IMG/VR virus record: IMGVR_UViG_3300043803_000406
Coordinates: 1-39,619 of that record
Length of the DNA stretch: 39,619 nucleotides
Direction: 5' to 3' (one strand)
DNA from: a virus
Lineage: Duplodnaviria; Caudoviricetes
Position 1 is the first letter of the stretch. Every line of letters starts with the position of its first letter. Position numbers and translations under genes: made by a program. This document shows, one piece after another, positions 37,092-39,619 of this stretch. The notes under the pieces are model-generated. The model was not told the DNA's origin and did no database searches. It was given only the letters and a program-made list of their open reading frames with translations.

Positions 37092-37745
37092 ATGCCAAAT
37101 TGGGTATATAACGGATTAACTGTAGAAGGCAATCCTGATTCTGTAAAGAAAATGATGGCTCAACTAAATAAGCCATTCACGCAACTACATGATTCATGGG
37201 ATGTAAGTAAGAATACATTCATGAAGAAGAATACTCTATATGCAGAGCCTATCTTTGCATTTCATAATATCTATAACTATATGGATGCAGGAATTACTGA
37301 AGAGGAATATCTTTCTCAGCCTGACCATTCCCTCCCAATTCAAGAAGCAATGAAGTGTCTTACTAATGATTGGTATAACTTTAATATCCGTGAGTGGGGA
37401 ACTAAATGGGATGTTGCCGTATCTGTAAATGACAAGTATCCTGATACTAATATGGAGGACACCGCCAATGGTGATAACCATGTCGTTCACTACAACTTTA
37501 ATACCGCTTGGTCTCGCCCAATGGGTGCATTAACTAAACTGTCTGCACAATACCCTGACTTACTATTTACTTTATCATATGAGGAAGAAACAGGCTGGGG
37601 TGGGGAACTAGAAATTCTTCGTGGTGTAGTTATCTCAGAATCAGAATATGACAACATGTGCCGTGAATGTGATGGTACAGACTGTGTTGAATATAATGAT
37701 GAGAAGGGTGTAGACATATGCCAGAAGTGTGGGTATGAGTCATGA
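37092..37745 (+). CDS. DUF1281/YubB-type ferredoxin-like domain protein with C-terminal CxxC pairs
   Basis: MPNWVYN, WGTKWD, FNTAWSRP, YEEETG. Confidence 0.7.
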   Translation: MPNWVYNGLTVEGNPDSVKKMMAQLNKPFTQLHDSWDVSKNTFMKKNTLYAEPIFAFHNIYNYMDAGITEEEYLSQPDHSLPIQEAMKCLTNDWYNFNIREWGTKWDVAVSVNDKYPDTNMEDTANGDNHVVHYNFNTAWSRPMGALTKLSAQYPDLLFTLSYEEETGWGGELEILRGVVISESEYDNMCRECDGTDCVEYNDEKGVDICQKCGYES

Positions 37746-38356
37746 CAGATTTAATCTCATCTAAATATACATTTGTTTGTGACCCAAATGAATGTGATTC
37801 TTTAATCGAACTAACATCATCAGATGGATTTGGATTCCCATCTGGTGTGACCGAGCTCACATGTCCTTGTGGTCGTAAGACCACATTATTGTCAGTGGAG
37901 CATGCTACACTACCAACAACTAACCAAACGAAAGAGGAAAAAATGGAAGCAACAATAGACAATCATTACATGACACGAGAATTTCTTGAGTCACAGTTAG
38001 TAGAAAACAAGGCACGCATTCAGCAACTTGAAGAGCATGTACAACGTGTTACTCAACGTGACTTCAACACATCCGCAGAATTAAATCTGATGCGTAACAA
38101 CATGAAAGAATTCACATTAGAAGGATTAGATGATGATTCTATTTCAGAAGGTCAAGCAGAAGAGATTGCTAGCATCTGCGGTTTTGAATTAACAAATGAG
38201 TTTGAACTAGAAGTTACAGTTCAGTATTCAATTACAGTTAATGCTCGTGACGAGGAGTCTGCACACAATCTAATCTACGACATTGATTTTGATTCAGTAT
38301 CTTATCCTGACGGGGTAGAATATCTATCATCATCTGTAGATAGAATTGAGGGCTAA
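37742..38356 (+). CDS. Hypothetical protein with internal in-frame start at 37943
   Basis: N-terminal CDPNEC/CPC; internal promoter and RBS precede MEATID. Confidence 0.7.
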   Translation: MTDLISSKYTFVCDPNECDSLIELTSSDGFGFPSGVTELTCPCGRKTTLLSVEHATLPTTNQTKEEKMEATIDNHYMTREFLESQLVENKARIQQLEEHVQRVTQRDFNTSAELNLMRNNMKEFTLEGLDDDSISEGQAEEIASICGFELTNEFELEVTVQYSITVNARDEESAHNLIYDIDFDSVSYPDGVEYLSSSVDRIEG

Positions 38357-38568
38357 TGTACTTTGAACTTTCCGCTCCAAACCAGGTAGCCTTTGCGAGG
38401 GCTACCTGGGAAGCAGAGTTGATAGGTTTAGATCCACAGGCAATGGGTTCATTGACTTTCAACATTGGAACTGGTAGTATTGAGAAAGTTAGTCGCATTA
38501 GAGATAAGTTTAACTTAACTGTAATTAAAGAAAGCGACTATGAACCAACAGGCTATTTGAAGGGATAA
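38356..38568 (+). CDS. Hypothetical protein
   Basis: TAATG coupling. Confidence 0.7.
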   Translation: MYFELSAPNQVAFARATWEAELIGLDPQAMGSLTFNIGTGSIEKVSRIRDKFNLTVIKESDYEPTGYLKG

Positions 38569-38570
38569 AA

Positions 38571-38720
38571 ATGAGCGACACATATCAAGAAGGCTTTAAT
38601 GACGGGGCACGATGGGCTCGTGAAGAAATTACAGAAAAGCTACGAGAAATCGACATTCTTGACATCGATTCATGGTTGCTAGATAAACTAGCAGACATGA
38701 TAGAAGGCGGCAACCTATGA
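38571..38720 (+). CDS. 49-aa hypothetical protein
   Basis: AAGGGA RBS; MSDTYQEGFNDG...; ATGA overlap. Confidence 0.65.
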   Translation: MSDTYQEGFNDGARWAREEITEKLREIDILDIDSWLLDKLADMIEGGNL

Positions 38721-38929
38721 CAGAAGAAGATCTTACTAGATGGATTGCCTGCGACAAATGTGGCGAATCAGCCCAAGCAAGATGGTTAATTAAACTAGTT
38801 GAGGGCGAACTATATTTTTGTGGTCATCACAAGAATAAGTTCGAAGCGGCCCTAGACAAAGTTGCATATGAAATGATAGAATTAAATAAAACCGAAGAAG
38901 TACAACTATTAGAAGAGGCGGAACTATAA
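38717..38929 (+). CDS. Putative zinc-binding protein
   Basis: CDKCG...FCGHH. Confidence 0.7.
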   Translation: MTEEDLTRWIACDKCGESAQARWLIKLVEGELYFCGHHKNKFEAALDKVAYEMIELNKTEEVQLLEEAEL

Positions 38930-39330
38930 TGGGAGACAGAGCAAACTTTGCATTTAGACAACGTAACGGAGAAACAATCGTTCTGTACGGTCACTGGGCT
39001 GGACATAACATGCTAGCAAACCTAGCAAGCGCTGTAGACAAGGCCCGTGGGCGTTGGGCAGACGAGGCATATGCAACACGCATTTGTATTTCACAATTGG
39101 TTGGGGATGATTGGCAATCAGAAACAGGCTGGGGCCTCTCAGTCAATTCAATTTCTGATAACGAACATAAGATTCCATTAATTGATTGGAGCACGCAAAC
39201 GTTTAGCCTTCATGAGGAGGCGCCATGGTCTGAGTCAACAGAGTACAAGGTCCGTGGGATGTTGGATATACCAATGTTTGAAATGTCTCTTGATAGTTTT
39301 GTAAAGAAGCATTCACCAGCATTAGTTTAA
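38929..39330 (+). CDS. Hypothetical phage protein
   Basis: MGDRANF, LYGHWAG; TAATG coupling. Confidence 0.7.
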   Translation: MGDRANFAFRQRNGETIVLYGHWAGHNMLANLASAVDKARGRWADEAYATRICISQLVGDDWQSETGWGLSVNSISDNEHKIPLIDWSTQTFSLHEEAPWSESTEYKVRGMLDIPMFEMSLDSFVKKHSPALV

Positions 39331-39334
39331 ATAA

Positions 39335-39413
39335 TTAAAGGTGCCCCTATAGTCATTCGGCCAGGGGTTAAATAAAGCAGGTTTTTACTTTCGTTGGTAC
39401 CTAGCAGCCTTAA
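39335..39413 (+). ncRNA. Putative antisense RNA against early-gene leaders
   Basis: Multi-stem fold between stop codon and terminator; loop CTTTCGTTGGT is the reverse complement of leader motif ACCAACGAAAG. Confidence 0.55.
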
Positions 39414-39417
39414 TGAG

Positions 39418-39449
39418 AAATCCTCCAGGTAAGATCTGGGGGATTTTTT
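39418..39449 (+). terminator. Intrinsic terminator
   Basis: AAATCCTCCAG-GTAAGAT-CTGGGGGATTT followed by T run. Confidence 0.8.
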
Positions 39450-39595
39450 ATATGCCCGCAAAGACGGAGGGTACCATAATCTTCTTACGAAATCAATATA
39501 AAAACCCCTGAAAATTTAGCAGCTTTGCTGCAATGTGGGCGGTATCACATAGGAAATCTATTCCATTTGTCAGTCCCTTAATATATAATAATCAC

Positions 39596-39619
39596 ATGAG
39601 AACAATTGATGAACTAGTA
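39596..39619 (+). CDS. Leaderless gene, partial (MRTIDELV...)
   Basis: ATG 6 nt after TATAAT of the 39568 promoter. Confidence 0.5.

Larger units (their letters stand above)
32689..39513 (+). repeat. Five dispersed bipartite intergenic cassettes GCCCCCAA-N42-CCCCTGAAA
   Basis: Motif starts 32689/32739, 33814/33864, 35730/35780, 36970/37020 and 39454/39505 (GCCCGCAA, one nt longer). Confidence 0.8.
31708..39549. promoter_or_regulatory. CRP/GlxR-type sites TGTGA-N6-TCACA
   Basis: Perfect at 31708, 32751, 33874, 34586, 35792, 37846; near-perfect at 39534 (TGTGG) and 31947 (GGTGT). Confidence 0.75.
31781..39589 (+). promoter_or_regulatory. 12 copies of promoter motif TGTCAG-N10-TAnnnT
   Basis: TGTCAG at 31781, 31991, 32815, 33081, 33440, 33927, 34620, 34867, 35845, 37042, 37890, 39568, each exactly 10 nt before a -10 hexamer. 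Confidence 0.85.

Noticed and set aside
30432-39413. tRNA genes at the two structured RNAs (30432-30525 and 39335-39413)
   Set aside because: No T-loop GTTCRA, D-loop or 7-bp acceptor stem
32689-39513. CRISPR-like array from the fixed-length cassettes
   Set aside because: Copies are more than 1 kb apart and separated by genes; conserved parts are only 8-9 bp; no cas genes
31780-39573. TTGTCA as a conventional -35 hexamer
   Set aside because: Only 11 nt from the -10; the copy at 37042 has a separate TTGACA at normal distance

Overview
Fragment of a lytic tailed dsDNA phage genome, most likely infecting an Actinobacterium. The host call is inference from GAAAGG-type Shine-Dalgarno sites, leaderless starts, a class II RNR and the gene content. 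Bases 1-29218 form a minus-strand late block: a LamG tail protein, proline-free collagen-like fibres, six glycine-rich (partly FN3) adhesin-like proteins of which five are followed by a small paralogous partner, a glycan-modification cluster, a holin, nrdJ and a GT4 glycosyltransferase. Bases 29298-31780 hold a transglycosylase, a small non-coding transcription unit, a NUMOD4-HNH nuclease and an AT-rich divergence zone. Bases 31780-39619 are a plus-strand, probably early, region of small ORFs with a rich regulatory architecture: 12 TGTCAG-N10-TAnnnT promoters, 8 helically phased CRP-type sites, 4 perfect DnaA boxes, and 5 fixed-length GCCCCCAA...CCCCTGAAA cassettes. A covarying pseudoknot follows stop codons in both arms. 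The best candidate for a new system is a structured RNA at 39335-39413 whose loops are antisense to the conserved early-gene ribosome-binding leaders. All product calls are motif recognition by eye; no searches were run.
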